Assembly: GCA_032718475.1 (NCBI GenBank) | Contig: JAUCBJ010002874.1 | Location: 1 to 64,000, forward strand | DNA length: 64,000 nt | Reading direction: 5' to 3' | DNA from: Nemertoderma westbladi | Lineage: Eukaryota > Animalia > Xenacoelomorpha | Shown: positions 62,401-64,000 of the stretch, one piece after another | How positions within the stretch are numbered: position 1 is the stretch's first letter | Layout: each line of letters starts with the position of its first letter | The notes under the pieces: generated by a model | Told to the model about the DNA's origin: nothing | Seen by the model: only the letters and a program-made list of their open reading frames with translations | Database searches by the model: none | Made by a program: the position numbers and the translations under genes

Positions 62401-64000
62401 AAAGAACGTAGAGGCATTCATAGTAAATGAGGAGGGGGAGAACGTAGAGGCATTCATAGTAAATGAGTAGGGAAAGAACGTAGAGGCATTCATAGTAAAT
62501 GTATGGAGGAGGGAAAGAACGTAGAGGCATTCATAGTAAATGTATGGAGTAGGGAAAGAACGTAGAGGCATTCATAGTAAATGAGGAGGGAGAGAACGTA
62601 GAGGCATTCATAGTAAATGAGTAGGGGGAGAACGTAGAGGCATTCATAGTAAATGAGTAGGGAAAGAACGTAGAGGCATTCATAGTAAATGTATGGAGGA
62701 GGGAAAGAACGTAGAGGCATTCATAGTAAATGTATGGAGTAGGGAAAGAACGTAGAGGCATTCATAGTAAATGAGGAGGGAGAGAACGTAGAGGCATTCA
62801 TAGTAAATGAGTAGGGGGAGAACGTAGAGGCATTCATAGTAAATGAGTAGGGAAAGAACGTAGAGGCATTCATAGTAATGTATGGAGTAGGGAAAGAACG
62901 TAGAGGCATTCATAGTAAATGAGTAGGGGGAGAACGTAGAGGCATTCATAGTAAATGAGGTAGGGAGAGAACGTAGAGGCATTCATAGTAAATGAGTAGG
63001 GGGAGAACGTAGAGGCATTCATAGTAAATGAGTAGGGAAAGAACGTAGAGGCATTCATAGTAAATGTATGGAGGAGGGAACGAACGTAGAGGCATTCATA
63101 GTAAATGTATGGAGTAGGGAAAGAACGTAGAGGCATTCATAGTAAATGAGTAGGGGGAGAACGTAGAGGCATTCATAGTAAATGAGTAGGGAAAGAACGT
63201 AGAGGCATTCATAGTAAATGTATGGAGGAGGGAAAGAACGTAGAGGCATTCATAGTAAATGTATGGAGTAGGGAAAGAACGTAGAGGCATTCATAGTAAA
63301 TGAGGAGGGAGAGAACGTAGAGGCATTCATAGTAAATGAGTAGGGGGAGAACGTAGAGGCATTCATAGTAAATGAGTAGGGAAAGAACGTAGAGGCATTC
63401 ATAGTAAATGAGTAGGGAAAGAACGTAGAGGCATTCATAGTAAATGTATGGAGTAGGGAAAGAACGTAGAGGCATTCATAGTAAATGTATGGAGGAGGGA
63501 CGGAGCGTAGAGGCATTCATAGTAAATGTATCGAGGAGGGAAAGAACGTAGAGGCATTCATAGTAAATGAGTGGAGTAGGGAGAGAACGTAGAGGCATTC
63601 ATAGTAAATGTATGGAGTAGGGAAAGAACGTAGAGGCATTCATAGTAAATGAGTAGGGGGAGAACGTAGAGGCATTCATAGTAAATGTATGGAGTAGGGA
63701 AAGAACGTAGAGGCATTCATAGTAAATGAGTAGGGGGAGAACGTAGAGGCATTCATAGTAAATGTATGGAGTAGGGAAAGAACGTAGAGGCATTCATAGT
63801 AAATGAGTAGGGGGAGAACGTAGAGGCATTCATAGTAAATGAGTAGGGAAAGAACGTAGAGGCATTCATAGTAAATGTATGGAGGAGGGAAAGAACGTAG
63901 AGGCATTCATAGTAAATGTATGGAGTAGGGAAAGAACGTAGAGGCATTCATAGTAAATGAGGAGGGAGAGAACGTAGAGGCATTCATAGTAAATGAGTAG
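47461..64000 (+). repeat. Array domain E: 36/41-mers; 44-mers not seen after about 52330
   Basis: Begins at an aberrant core-less unit. GAGAAGGG 36-mers occur at 47650-50810, AACTTAG at 51120-53330, and GTAGGGGGAG is common from 51560 onward. Confidence 0.8.

Larger units (their letters stand above)
2860..64000 (+). repeat. Tandem satellite/minisatellite array, 36/41/44-bp monomers, >61 kb, continues past the window end
   Basis: GTAGAGGCATTCATAGTAAAT (21 bp) is followed by GAG[T/G]AGGGA[A/G]AGAAC (36-mer), GTATGGAG[T/G]AGGGAAAGAAC (41-mer) or GTATG[G/A]AGGAGGGAATGAAGAAC (44-mer). All monomers are in the same orientation and no unique sequence interrupts them. Confidence 0.99.

Noticed and set aside
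2860-64000. CRISPR array (constant ~23-bp repeat with variable spacers)
   Set aside because: The 'spacers' are 13-21 bp near-identical variants of one sequence, not unique. There are no cas genes or leader, and the context is a eukaryotic LINE.
2860-64000. Array synthesised monomer by monomer by the adjacent RT, telomerase-style, from an RNA template
   Set aside because: No full monomer template is seen in the visible part of the element (only an 8-nt TAAATGTA match). Locally inherited point variants and multi-kb collinear duplications indicate DNA-level copying of existing blocks. An RT origin of the founder monomers cannot be excluded.

Overview
Eukaryotic-looking repeat DNA in two parts. 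(1) Positions 1-2861 are the 3' part of an apparently intact non-LTR (LINE) retrotransposon on the + strand. The reading frame is open from the window edge to TAA at 2199-2201 and encodes a reverse transcriptase with a non-canonical HADD catalytic motif and a C-terminal CCHC-type zinc knuckle (RTE/RTEX-like by motif recognition). It is followed by an AT-rich ~640 bp region containing T32 and C22 tracts and an (ATAC)5 tail. (2) Positions 2860-64000, running off the window, are one uninterrupted head-to-tail tandem array of roughly 1,500 monomers (estimated from length). Each monomer has a near-invariant core CGTAGAGGCATTCATAGTAAATG plus a purine-rich variable module, giving 36-, 41- and 44-bp classes. 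The array is organised into kb-scale domains marked by locally confined point variants, short higher-order repeats and multi-kb internal duplications. The LINE tail joins the array directly inside its ATGTATG motif. All ORFs over the array are treated as translation artefacts, and the array is not a CRISPR. No host genes or RNA genes were recognised. Counts and offsets were read by eye.
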